Assembly: GCF_003072485.1 (NCBI RefSeq)
Contig: NZ_CP025989.1
Location: 630,001-662,000 of the forward strand
Reading direction: 5' to 3'
Length of the DNA: 32,000 bases
Origin: Candidatus Fokinia solitaria
GTDB lineage: Bacteria > Pseudomonadota > Alphaproteobacteria > Rickettsiales > Midichloriaceae
Shown here in pieces: positions 18,475 to 30,159 of the stretch. Under the pieces are notes generated by a model. It made no database searches, was not told the origin of the DNA, and saw nothing but the letters and a program-made list of their open reading frames with translations. The translations under genes and the position numbers were made by a program. Position 1 is the stretch's first letter; each line of letters begins with the position of its first letter.

Positions 18475-19989
18475 ATGTCTTTTGAGTACAATAGCAAATT
18501 CTACGTAACCACTCCTATATATTATGCCAATGGTGAGCCACACCTCGGACATTTGTATACTACGGTAATAGCTGACGTAATCGCGAAATATAATAGATTA
18601 CAGAAACGAGATGTGTGCTTTGCAACTGGTATGGATGAGCACGGACAAAAAGTAGAATTAACGGCAAGAAAACTCAAAGTACATCCGCAAAGTAGAGTAG
18701 ATGAGATAGCAGATAAATTTTCCGCTTTATATAAAGCTGCTGACATTACTTACGATGCTTTTATCAGAACAACAGAAATGAGACATAAGGATTTCGTAGT
18801 ATCCGTATGGAATATCTTATATGAAAGAGGATGGATATACAAAGGAGAGTACTCAGGCTGGTATGCAGAACGAGATGAGGCTTTTTACTCTGAAGAAGAG
18901 ATAGTAAATGGTAAAGCGCCAACTGGTGCAGATGTAGTATTTTGCTCTGAAGAATGCTATTTCTTCAAGCTATCAGCATTACAAGAAGAACTATTAAAAA
19001 TCTATCGCGATGAGAGAATCGTCATACAGCCAAAACTAAAGCTTAATGAAGTCGTAAGCTTCATCGAAAGAGGATTGAAAGATTTGTGTATATCTCGAAA
19101 TAATACTAAGTGGGGAATACCTGTACCAAATGCTACAGAACAAACTATATATGTATGGATTGATGCTCTTATGAACTATGCTTCCACTCTTTCACAGAAT
19201 TTTGAGTCTAAATACTGGCCATGTGATGTACAGGTTATTGGTAAAGATATACTTATATTTCATACTGTATATTGGCCGGCACTACTCATAGCGCTGAATA
19301 TTCAAGACTTACCTCTCAAAATATTAGTACATGGATGGTGGCTCAACGATGGACAGAAAATGTCAAAATCCTTAAACAACGTAATAGCGCCACAGAACTT
19401 AATAGATAAATATACATCGGACTACGTTAGATACTTCCTCATAAGAGAAACTAGAATCGGACATGACGCAAGTTATAGTGATGCTAACTTACAAAAACTG
19501 GTTAATGCTGAATTAGTCAATAACATTGGTAACTTAGCACAAAGAAGCGTGATGTTTGTACAAAAGTATATGGATAATACTTGTCAGAGACCTTCAGATT
19601 ACGACGACAATATGCTGCAACAAACGTATGGTTTAGTCTCATCATATGTAAAATACATGGAAGCACTCAAATTTCACGAGGCAATTGATATCATCATGAA
19701 AATATCAGAAATAGCCAATAAATATTTTAATGAAAAACAGCCATGGCATAAAAAAGACAAACAAGCAGAACTACATTTCATTTTATTTCACACTCTAGAA
19801 CTAGTAAGAGTGATTGGCATTCTACTGCAGCCGTTTATACCGCACGGCGCGGCAAGACTGCTATCTATTTTTTACCTTCAAAAGATATCAAATATAACGT
19901 TTGATATGGCATCTGCCGCATTTATGTTTGATCAACTACGTATTGATAAACAGTTTTATCAAGTTTTTCCAAGAATAGTTAATGAGTAA
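18475..19989 (+). CDS. metG: methionyl-tRNA synthetase
   Basis: 504 aa with HIGH-class motif PHLGHLYT and KMSKS motif GQKMSKSL. Confidence 0.95.
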   Translation: MSFEYNSKFYVTTPIYYANGEPHLGHLYTTVIADVIAKYNRLQKRDVCFATGMDEHGQKVELTARKLKVHPQSRVDEIADKFSALYKAADITYDAFIRTTEMRHKDFVVSVWNILYERGWIYKGEYSGWYAERDEAFYSEEEIVNGKAPTGADVVFCSEECYFFKLSALQEELLKIYRDERIVIQPKLKLNEVVSFIERGLKDLCISRNNTKWGIPVPNATEQTIYVWIDALMNYASTLSQNFESKYWPCDVQVIGKDILIFHTVYWPALLIALNIQDLPLKILVHGWWLNDGQKMSKSLNNVIAPQNLIDKYTSDYVRYFLIRETRIGHDASYSDANLQKLVNAELVNNIGNLAQRSVMFVQKYMDNTCQRPSDYDDNMLQQTYGLVSSYVKYMEALKFHEAIDIIMKISEIANKYFNEKQPWHKKDKQAELHFILFHTLELVRVIGILLQPFIPHGAARLLSIFYLQKISNITFDMASAAFMFDQLRIDKQFYQVFPRIVNE

Positions 19990-20920
19990 GCATCTCATAA
20001 TCGTGGATTGTTATGCAATCTTCTTTAAATCGCTCTTCGCTCATCATAAAGATCCAGCTATAAACGGTATACATATAGGAGGAGTTATAGGCTTCATTAA
20101 CACCATGTTCAGGTTATTAGAATGTAATGGTGAACTTCTTGCAATGCATAAAAACAGCGAAATATACGTATGTATTGCACTGGATTATCAAACAAAAGGT
20201 GAGACATTCAGACACCACATATATCAAGAATATAAAGCAAATAGAAAACCATTACCGCAAGAATTCATTTCACAATTTCCGATACTTGAGGAAGTACTAG
20301 AATGCATGCAAATTCCAGTCATAAAGCATCCAAAAGTCGAAGCAGATGATATCATTGCCTCCGTAGTAACGAAATTTTATGACAAAGATAGCAGTACTCC
20401 AATTAACATCTCAATCATCTCTCAAGATAAGGATTTAATGCAACTCATAGCAGTACAAAATAATAGAAATACTATCATGTGGGATCCTTATAAACGGCAA
20501 ATAATCGATGAACAAGAAGTAATTGCAAAACTAGGAGTAAAACCTCATCAAGTGCCGTGCTTCTTAGCACTGCTTGGAGATAGTGCAGATAACATTCGAG
20601 GAGTACCAGGTATTGGAAAGAAACACGCTACTACACTATTAAGTAAGTTCGATTCGGTAAACGATATATGTCAAAATACTCATATGCTTTCTAACAGCAA
20701 AATCGCTTCGCAGATCAATGGCAATAAAGAGCAGATTGCGTTATTCAAAAAACTTACGACATTAAGCAGCGATATAGAAATCGTTATGCCATATGAAGAA
20801 ATGAAATGGAACGGATGGACGGATAGAAATGATAAGATGAATGAGTTGCTACTAAAGTATCAAATACAAAATGCTATCGGTACTAGGAAAAACTACACTC
20901 ATAATGCATTTAACATGTAA
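19982..20920 (+). CDS. stand-alone 5'-3' exonuclease (Pol I N-terminal/FEN-like domain only)
   Basis: 312 aa with VEADDIIAS, SQDKDLMQL and H3TH motif LLGDSADNIRGVPGIGKKHA. No polymerase domain follows. Overlaps the metG stop by 8 nt. Confidence 0.85.
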   Translation: MSKHLIIVDCYAIFFKSLFAHHKDPAINGIHIGGVIGFINTMFRLLECNGELLAMHKNSEIYVCIALDYQTKGETFRHHIYQEYKANRKPLPQEFISQFPILEEVLECMQIPVIKHPKVEADDIIASVVTKFYDKDSSTPINISIISQDKDLMQLIAVQNNRNTIMWDPYKRQIIDEQEVIAKLGVKPHQVPCFLALLGDSADNIRGVPGIGKKHATTLLSKFDSVNDICQNTHMLSNSKIASQINGNKEQIALFKKLTTLSSDIEIVMPYEEMKWNGWTDRNDKMNELLLKYQIQNAIGTRKNYTHNAFNM

Positions 20921-21076
20921 AAACAAAAAAAAATGCATCGTTACGGAGGGTATATTGCAACTTAACATATATCACTTTAGAGAACATTTGACGTAATTGC
21001 ATATTTAAAAAAAATACTATAACGATAGATATTGTAATCATTTTTAATGATTCAAATTTTTCAATAAAAAATATAT

Positions 21077-21961
21077 ATGTTAAATAAAACAGCAATTTCT
21101 AATAGTGTAATAGACAAGCATTACGCGCATCATACATGTAACAGCATAGAATCTGCAATAGCAAGACCATTGATAAATTCTATGATGAATTGTGCACCAT
21201 CATTCGAATATTTGCGTAATGTTCTAAGAGATAATGCAATCCACGTATCACCAACAACATATCGTTATATTATGCCTACGCGCGTGGGCGATTATTCTGA
21301 TATTATATATTTGCACGGCCTAGATGGGCCAAATAATATCGCCCAATCACTGTATCAATTAGCTCTAGACGTAATAACACTTCCTGTGACCGTTGGAGGT
21401 GCGAACACAGCTGAACAAATTGCAATAAATCGTTCTTATATCTGCTGTGCTTATGTCTTCTTCCGAACATTCGCTGAGGACTTAGACAAGAAAAATACAA
21501 ACATGGAGGAAAGGTTAATATGGGATGTACAGCCATTTCGAAGGGCTCTGTACGATGGAGAGAGAGATTGTCCATTTGAATATCAGGGCCGTTGGCTTTA
21601 TGCATTGGATGAGCAACATCACACATCATCAAACGCAGTAGTACAACATCAGACACAGCAGCAAATACAACATCAGACACAGCAGCAAATACAACATCAG
21701 ACATCATCAGATGAGGAATTTGACGATATTAATATTAATACACCCTATAACTTCAACGCGCATCAAGATGACAGTCAGGTAGTACAGCAATACGAGGATG
21801 GTGTGGATATTAATAAAATCTGCTACTTCAATACATATCAAAATGACAGTCAGGTAGTACAGCAATACGAGGATAGTGTGGATATTAATAAAATCTGCTA
21901 CTTCAATACATATCAAAATGACAGTCAGATAGTACAGCAATACGAAGATGATAGCTTATAA
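21077..21961 (+). CDS. hypothetical repeat protein, possible distant member of the 2606/3789 family
   Basis: 294-aa ORF kept open through two different in-frame tandem repeats. The N-terminal 150 aa share SP..Y...M.....DY.D.I and YVFFR motifs at matching spacing with the core of the Q-rich paralogs. Confidence 0.65.
   Translation: MLNKTAISNSVIDKHYAHHTCNSIESAIARPLINSMMNCAPSFEYLRNVLRDNAIHVSPTTYRYIMPTRVGDYSDIIYLHGLDGPNNIAQSLYQLALDVITLPVTVGGANTAEQIAINRSYICCAYVFFRTFAEDLDKKNTNMEERLIWDVQPFRRALYDGERDCPFEYQGRWLYALDEQHHTSSNAVVQHQTQQQIQHQTQQQIQHQTSSDEEFDDININTPYNFNAHQDDSQVVQQYEDGVDINKICYFNTYQNDSQVVQQYEDSVDINKICYFNTYQNDSQIVQQYEDDSL
21644..21710 (+). repeat. 24-bp in-frame tandem repeat, about 2.8 copies
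   Basis: Units caacatcagacacagcagcaaata start at 21644, 21668 and 21692. They encode HQTQQQIQ repeats. Confidence 0.85.
21728..21957 (+). repeat. 75-bp in-frame tandem repeat, about 3 copies
   Basis: The motif [ga]atgacagtcag recurs at 21767, 21842 and 21917 (period exactly 75), encoding NDSQVVQQYEDSVDINKICYFNTYQ. A degenerate partial unit lies upstream. Confidence 0.9.
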
Positions 21962-22288
21962 AAATAAGCAAAGAATATTACAGAATCAGTCACAGTAAAC
22001 GGCTGACTCGTATATAGATTAAACGCATGTACTTTGAAGCACTGCACTATATATAATCTGCAATAATAGCATGCGGTACCTACTACATTATTTCTCTTAA
22101 AAGTGCTTTACCACATGGTAAAAAGTCACTCATCACATTTCAGTAGTGAGATAGTTGTTAATATAACAGTAGGTACAGCTAATCGGTACTAGCTATCCGG
22201 ACACTTTAAGCAATCGAAAAAAGTCAGTTACTCGAACAGTATTTCGTATAATGGAAGACACTTAGCTTCAAATCTTACAATATATATC

Positions 22289-22335
22289 ATTTCCTCAGCG
22301 CAGGATTTCCACAAAAGAACAATCGCAAGTACTCA
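22289..22335. repeat. copy A of a roughly 48-nt duplicated segment (abuts the tRNA-His 3' end)
   Basis: atttcctcagcgcaggatttccacaaaagaacaatcgcaagtactca matches 22943..22990 at about 40 of 48 positions. It ends 6 nt from the 3' end of tRNA-His. Confidence 0.7.
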
Positions 22336-22341
22336 AAGTAG

Positions 22342-22419
22342 TGGGGCGAATAACGGAACTCGAATCCGCGACCTTCGGTACCACAAACCGACGCTCTAAC
22401 CAACTGAGCTATATCCGCC
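22342..22419 (-). tRNA. tRNA-His (anticodon GUG) with encoded G-1 and CCA
   Basis: 78 nt on the minus strand: G(-1)-GCGGATA-TA-GCTC-AGTTGGTTA-GAGC-G-TCGGT-TTGTGGT-ACCGA-AGGTC-GCGGA-TTCGAGT-TCCGT-TATTCGC-C-CCA. The extra 5' G pairs with discriminator C73. Confidence 0.9.
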
Positions 22420-22669
22420 AACTTATAAAGGCGCAAGCATGCACCATACTTTGAAGCTTACAAAGCTTATAAAATAAAGTCTAATTCAATTTTCTGTTTT
22501 TCGAGTATATAGCATTCTTTCTATACAAAGACATTATATTGCGCCACTATATAATAATTCTTTTTAAGAAATAGTAATGCCAATATTTAATAATATTTAA
22601 TATAATAAATATATTCTCATGCTAAGATGATCGTATTGTTAATATTAGATAAAGTTGCTATATTTAATA

Positions 22670-23002
22670 ATGATTGAATATTTATTTTCTGATATGCAAC
22701 AAAAAACAAGAAAAACGTGGGGACTTGAAGTAGAAGCAGCTGCTATGTCTTTTAAAGAAGATGTGACGCCACAGTATCACAAGGTGCGCTGCTTAGCTAA
22801 AATGAGCAGAATGATGGATAGCCTCATGGCTACAATTCAAGTACCAAAACTGACCGAAGAGCAGAAGACGATACAATTCAATAAAATTAGAGTAAATTGC
22901 AATATTCCAAAAGTAGACGACTGCCTTGCTACGGTAGAAATTATTTCCTCAGCACAGGATTTTATCAAAGAGGACAATCACAAATACTCATTGCGAGCCT
23001 GA
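22670..23002 (+). CDS. hypothetical protein (weak call)
   Basis: 110 aa from the ATG at 22670 (the tracked ORF begins at TTG 22655). No recognisable family. Its stop codon overlaps the 3' end of the convergent 5S rRNA. Its last 16 codons are the duplicated segment, copy B. Confidence 0.35.
   Translation: MIEYLFSDMQQKTRKTWGLEVEAAAMSFKEDVTPQYHKVRCLAKMSRMMDSLMATIQVPKLTEEQKTIQFNKIRVNCNIPKVDDCLATVEIISSAQDFIKEDNHKYSLRA
22943..22990. repeat. copy B of the roughly 48-nt duplicated segment (abuts the 5S rRNA 3' end)
   Basis: atttcctcagcacaggattttatcaaagaggacaatcacaaatactca. It ends 7 nt from the 3' end of 5S rRNA. Confidence 0.7.
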
Positions 23003-23112
23003 CAACGACCTACTCTCACACGTCTTAAGACGCAATACAATCGGCGAAAAGGCTTTTCACTTCTGAGTTCGGAATGGGATCAGGTGTTTCATCCTCTCTA
23101 TAATCATCAGGC
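22998..23112 (-). rRNA. rrf: 5S ribosomal RNA
   Basis: The minus-strand sequence gcctgatgattatagagaggatgaaacacctgatcccattccgaactcagaagtgaaa...gagagtaggtcgttgtcagg matches the universal bacterial 5S consensus (CCCATTCCGAACTC, GAGAGTAGG). Ends are accurate to within a few nt. Confidence 0.9.
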
Positions 23113-23190
23113 TTGCAATAAGTACCTTAGTCTACAGCATAAGCTTTATTGATATCAAATAACAACAAAAGCTTATACATCAAAGAGATA

Positions 23191-23265
23191 GCAATATAAA
23201 AAAGCAAAATTAATAAGAAGTAATTTTACCACTGCATACGCCATAATAGCAACAGCAACAAAATC
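23191..23265 (-). promoter_or_regulatory. 3' arm of the 23S precursor processing stem (23S-5S spacer)
   Basis: Largely complementary to 25960..26032. Perfect blocks include gcaatataa, aagcaaaatta, gtaatttta and tacgc. Several mismatches become G-U pairs only when read as minus-strand RNA. Confidence 0.7.
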
Positions 23266-25959
<2,694 letters not shown>

Positions 25960-25960
<1 letters not shown>

Positions 25961-26032
25961 ATATTTTTTTGCTGGTATTATGCGTACACAGTAATAAAAT
26001 TACTCAACGATAATTTTGCTTGGTTATATTGC
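25960..26032 (-). promoter_or_regulatory. 5' arm of the 23S precursor processing stem (leader)
   Basis: The reverse complement, gcaatataaccaagcaaaattatcgttgagtaattttattactgtgtacgcataataccagc, aligns with 23191..23250 and continues toward the mature ends. This is the classic RNase III-type stem enclosing 23S. Confidence 0.7.
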
Positions 26033-26068
26033 TAAACTACTTTGAAACGCACTCAGTGCAGTGGTAAC

Positions 26069-26096
26069 TCTATAGAAACAACCATATGAATGTCAA
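26069..26096 (-). promoter_or_regulatory. candidate sigma-70-type promoter of the 23S-5S unit
   Basis: The minus strand reads TTGACA (26096..26091), a 16-nt spacer, then TATAGA (26074..26069). It lies about 35 nt upstream of the processing-stem arm. There is no 16S gene or tRNA spacer upstream. Confidence 0.45.
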
Positions 26097-26190
26097 ACAT
26101 GATTTTACATTTTTTATTTCTACACTGGTAACTTGTAGAATATCAGTAAATTCTTTAGTATCTGCAATGCTAAATAATGGTTGAAATGGA

Positions 26191-27027
26191 ATGAAGATAC
26201 GTTTCTTTGACAGTGGATTAGGAGGATTGTCAGTACTCTCCTCATTCATAAAACAAGTGTATGAGTGCTATATAATGAGATATTGCGATATCTCGTACAT
26301 TGCAGATCTTGAATTTTTTCCGTACGGCACAAAGCACTGCACTGCTATAGCTGATCGTGTAAATGATATCATATATTCTGCTGAGCGACAATTTACGCAA
26401 TTATTCGTAATAGCATGCTATACGGCTTCCTTCTCTAAAATGACAGATAATACTATCACGAAAATGCAGATAGTAGATACATTATCAACTACAAAAAGAA
26501 TCTTAAAAAAGTATCAAGAACATAAAAAGCTCTTTATATGCACACAATTATCACATTCTATTAATCAGAATTTTTTAGAAGAGTTCGACAAAATATGCTC
26601 AATACCGATTACAAAGGAAGTAGTAGAATATATACATCAAAACGAATTGAAAAAAGCTGCACAAGAGATTTTTCAGCACTTACGTCAAGAATGTACTAAA
26701 TCAGAAAAAAATATTATTTTTCTAGGATGCACGCATTATGCAATCCTCATCAAGCAGCTGTACGAAATTTTCTCTAACAATGGCTATAATATCGCAATAA
26801 TCGATCCTTCTAGCGCAATAGCTGAAGACGTGGCAAGTTATGTGACTCCGTTTCACAATACTTCCATAACACGACATCCAATAAAAATCTCTTTCATCAC
26901 TCATGAAACATCTAAAGAGTATCAAGATGAGATAGTAGCAACATGTAGAAATATACTGCAAAATCATATACCGTTTTATGATGATATTTGTTCTACTTTC
27001 AAATTCACTTTTAATCCTAAGTTATGA
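26191..27027 (+). CDS. murI: glutamate racemase
   Basis: 278 aa with [12 protein letters not shown]. The first catalytic Cys sits in IACYTAS (usual context CNTAS) and the second in LGCTHYA (usual context GCTHYP). Confidence 0.8.
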   Translation: MKIRFFDSGLGGLSVLSSFIKQVYECYIMRYCDISYIADLEFFPYGTKHCTAIADRVNDIIYSAERQFTQLFVIACYTASFSKMTDNTITKMQIVDTLSTTKRILKKYQEHKKLFICTQLSHSINQNFLEEFDKICSIPITKEVVEYIHQNELKKAAQEIFQHLRQECTKSEKNIIFLGCTHYAILIKQLYEIFSNNGYNIAIIDPSSAIAEDVASYVTPFHNTSITRHPIKISFITHETSKEYQDEIVATCRNILQNHIPFYDDICSTFKFTFNPKL

Positions 27028-28193
27028 GCGATAAAGAGACCGTCATTAATTTCGGCCCTCAACATCCTGGTGCACATGGTGTGTTGAATCTCGTAATCAA
27101 ATTAAGCGGTGAAACAGTAAAAGAAATAGAGCCGCAAATAGGCTTTCTTCATCGCGGTACAGAAAAGCTACTAGAGAACAAAACATATATGCAGGGCTTA
27201 CCGTATATGGATAGATTGGACTACGTCTCACCTCTTGCACAAGAACATTGTTTTTCAATGGCTATTGAAAAAATGCTTCAAATCTCAATACCGGAAAGAG
27301 CGAAATATATAAGAGTGCTATTACTGGAATTACAACGCATTGGCAATCATCTTCTCAGCATCACATCATTAGCACTAGATACTGGCGCTACGACTCCACT
27401 ACTATGGGCTTTCGAAGCAAGAGAAGAGTTAATGGAAATCTACGAAAAAATCTCAGGCAGTAGAATGCATTGTGCGTATATCAGAACAGGTGGAGTAAAT
27501 GGTGATTTAAGCAATGAGATGATGGATAAAATATCGTCATTTCTGCAAAGAATTCCTAAAGTACTCTCCGATATAGAATCACTACTGAATGATAATAGAA
27601 TCTTTAAGCAGAGATTAGTGAATATAGGTACTATATCGAAAAGTGATGCTTTGAATTTTGCTATCACCGGCCCTATGTTACGTGCTTCAGGCATACCCTG
27701 GGATCTGAGAAAATCACAACCATATGAAGTATATGATAAACTCGAATTCAGCATTCCTGTCGGAGAAAATGGCGACTGCTACGATAGATATATTGTAAGA
27801 GTATTGGAAATTAGAGAATCCATAAAAATAGCAACTCAGTGCGTGGAAAAAATGCCAAATGGTGCATACATCATCAATGATCATAAAATAACACCTCCTC
27901 CGAAAGCAGAACTTACTACATCAATGGAAGCTATCATTCATCATTTCAAACTTTTCAGCGAAGGATATACAGTACCTAAAGGAGAGACTTACACTGCTGT
28001 AGAAACACCAAAAGGAGAATTCGGACTATACATAGTATCAGACGGTTCAAATAAACCTTATAGGATACACATTAGAGCACCGGGATTTGCACATTTGCAG
28101 ATATTGAATAAAATGTCCGTCGGGCACATGCTTTCCGATGTGTCAAGTAATCTTGGCACGATAGATGCTGTATTTGGAGAGATAGATAGATAA
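27024..28193 (+). CDS. nuoD: NADH-quinone oxidoreductase subunit D
   Basis: 389 aa with [22 protein letters not shown] and C-terminal DAVFGEIDR. The start overlaps the murI stop by 4 nt (ATGA). Confidence 0.95.
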   Translation: MSDKETVINFGPQHPGAHGVLNLVIKLSGETVKEIEPQIGFLHRGTEKLLENKTYMQGLPYMDRLDYVSPLAQEHCFSMAIEKMLQISIPERAKYIRVLLLELQRIGNHLLSITSLALDTGATTPLLWAFEAREELMEIYEKISGSRMHCAYIRTGGVNGDLSNEMMDKISSFLQRIPKVLSDIESLLNDNRIFKQRLVNIGTISKSDALNFAITGPMLRASGIPWDLRKSQPYEVYDKLEFSIPVGENGDCYDRYIVRVLEIRESIKIATQCVEKMPNGAYIINDHKITPPPKAELTTSMEAIIHHFKLFSEGYTVPKGETYTAVETPKGEFGLYIVSDGSNKPYRIHIRAPGFAHLQILNKMSVGHMLSDVSSNLGTIDAVFGEIDR

Positions 28194-28194
28194 A

Positions 28195-30159
28195 ATGACT
28201 TCTCATCATTCAGAATTCGCCGCTACGCAATCTGCACATAAACAAAATTCGCTTATTCTGCATGAAGAGCAAATTACAGTCTCTACTACTACGGAAAGAC
28301 ACGTAATGGTGTTAGCGGGGCCAGGAACAGGAAAAACATCTGTAATAATAGCGCGTATACAATTTTTGGTACAATCGTACAATCCTCATGAGATCATGGT
28401 CTTGACGTTTAGCACGAGAGCAATGAGTGAACTAAAGCACAGATTGTATACCGCTGAACGCAAGCTTATGGAAAAAGTATGGATTGGTACTTTTCATGCA
28501 ATAGGCGTAAGAATACTCAAGAAACACGCTTCTACAATTGGATTATCTCATGAATTTAGAGTTATATCAGAAAAAGAAAGCATACATTACATAGAAGAAC
28601 TCTTAAGAAGAACTAAAAATAATGTAGGTATGGCATATAAAATATATGAGGATATACAACGTATAAAAGACAAATTATACAGCACCGAAGAGTTAGAATC
28701 TCAAGATACAAATGCAGAATTTCTTTTTATATATCAAGAATATCAGAACGTTCTGAAACTGAAAAATCTTGTAGATTTCGGAGATATCTTACTCTACGTG
28801 AAGCAGTTATTCATAGAAAATAAAGAGATCTTACAATTGCTACAAAAGCAATTTTCTCATGTCATAGTAGATGAGTATCAAGATATCAACTTCGCACAGT
28901 ACTATTTCATAATGACCTTGTTGCAAAAAGGTACGAATTCATTATTTTGCGTAGGAGATGACGATCAAACGATATATACTTGGAGAGGCGCAAACACTGA
29001 ACGTATCACAACATTCAAAGATAACTTTCCGCTATCTCAGACGTTATATCTATCGAATAATTATCGCTCCAACAACGATATAATTTATCATGCCTTCAAA
29101 CTGATATCTCATAATTCTGACAGATGCTGGAAAGAGATGCAGAAATCATCTATTGATGAAAGTGATGTCAAATTCTCTACCGGTACTACAATAAAATGCT
29201 ATGAATCTGATATCATAGAAGTATCGCATATTACTACTCAGATTACAGAATTATTACCATATGGTGGTAGCATTGCAATTCTTGTAAGAAATAACGAGCA
29301 CATCATACCTTTTGAATATTCGATGAGGTATAATGATATTCAGTACGTTATTGGAAATACGAGATCTTTTATAGAGAGAGAAGAAGTGCAACTCGCATTA
29401 AATATACTAAAATTGAGTATTGATCCTCACGCTGATCATAATTTAAAAGAGTTGCTATTATTAACTCATACTCTAAATATTACGCAGATAAACGCGCTTC
29501 TTAAAATTGCAGCGCAATCTAGTTGCTCACTGTATGAATTAGCATGTAACAAGTTACACTCAAGGACATCTTCTAAATTACAAGCAGTAAAGGAGATAAT
29601 AGACAACATCTCCAAGAATGCATCTCTTATAGAAGATGGAAAGATAAGTGATGCAATAAGCGATTCCATCAACAATATCGGATACGTAAAGACTATTACA
29701 AAGGGAAAATTTGAAAAATTGGAAGATCTTTACTCAGACTCTTTTACAGTGCTATCAGAACACGAAAATGAGAAAGCGCGAAATCTCATAAGTATTATAG
29801 AAATTGCAGCACAATATAAAAAAGCAACACCACTTATAGAAAGATTTTCACGAAATAACCACACCGACGCACAGAAGTCGCATGAAAAACACACTGTCTA
29901 CCTTAGTACGATACATAGTTCCAAAGGCATGGAGTTTGACATAGTATTTATTCCGTTTGTAGAAGAAGGTAACTTACCATACTGTAAAAATTACCAATCT
30001 GAAAATATAGAAGATGAGAGAAGGCTCTTATATGTAGGCATGACGCGAGCACGACATAAGTTATGTATGTCGCACTCGAAATGCAAGTTACGCAGTGGAA
30101 AACAAATTCACAACACTCCGTCAAGATTTATAGCAGAAGCCGAGTTAACAACTGAATGA
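28195..30159 (+). CDS. UvrD/Rep/PcrA-family (SF1) DNA helicase
   Basis: 654 aa. Walker A AGPGTGKTS, motif II VDEYQDIN, motif III GDDDQTIYTWRGA, motif V/VI TIHSSKGMEFD and RRLLYVGMTRAR. Starts 1 nt after the nuoD stop. Confidence 0.9.
   Translation: MTSHHSEFAATQSAHKQNSLILHEEQITVSTTTERHVMVLAGPGTGKTSVIIARIQFLVQSYNPHEIMVLTFSTRAMSELKHRLYTAERKLMEKVWIGTFHAIGVRILKKHASTIGLSHEFRVISEKESIHYIEELLRRTKNNVGMAYKIYEDIQRIKDKLYSTEELESQDTNAEFLFIYQEYQNVLKLKNLVDFGDILLYVKQLFIENKEILQLLQKQFSHVIVDEYQDINFAQYYFIMTLLQKGTNSLFCVGDDDQTIYTWRGANTERITTFKDNFPLSQTLYLSNNYRSNNDIIYHAFKLISHNSDRCWKEMQKSSIDESDVKFSTGTTIKCYESDIIEVSHITTQITELLPYGGSIAILVRNNEHIIPFEYSMRYNDIQYVIGNTRSFIEREEVQLALNILKLSIDPHADHNLKELLLLTHTLNITQINALLKIAAQSSCSLYELACNKLHSRTSSKLQAVKEIIDNISKNASLIEDGKISDAISDSINNIGYVKTITKGKFEKLEDLYSDSFTVLSEHENEKARNLISIIEIAAQYKKATPLIERFSRNNHTDAQKSHEKHTVYLSTIHSSKGMEFDIVFIPFVEEGNLPYCKNYQSENIEDERRLLYVGMTRARHKLCMSHSKCKLRSGKQIHNTPSRFIAEAELTTE

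Noticed and set aside
20921-21076. AATCATT-ttt-AATGATT hairpin (21036..21052) and a TTGACG box upstream of the third repeat-protein gene
   Set aside because: The stem is A/T-only and thermodynamically weak. No -10 element lies at an acceptable spacing from the TTGACG, so neither a terminator nor a promoter call can be supported.
22076-22176. 9-bp inverted repeat (gtacctact / agtaggtac) enclosing two small hairpins (tttacc-acat-ggtaaa at 22107..22122 and tcact...agtga), a possible structured small RNA
   Set aside because: A single 9-bp match in a 380-nt spacer is roughly what chance predicts. There is no promoter, terminator or recognisable RNA family motif (RNase P, SRP, tmRNA, 6S). It is worth a look only if RNA-seq shows a transcript.
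22453-22480. AAGCTT-aca-AAGCTT hairpin upstream of tRNA-His, and the recurring tactttgaa motif (22031, 22447, 26037)
   Set aside because: The stem is short, A+T-rich and self-complementary, and has no adjacent T-run. The motif copies are only 9-10 nt with no consistent distance to any gene start.
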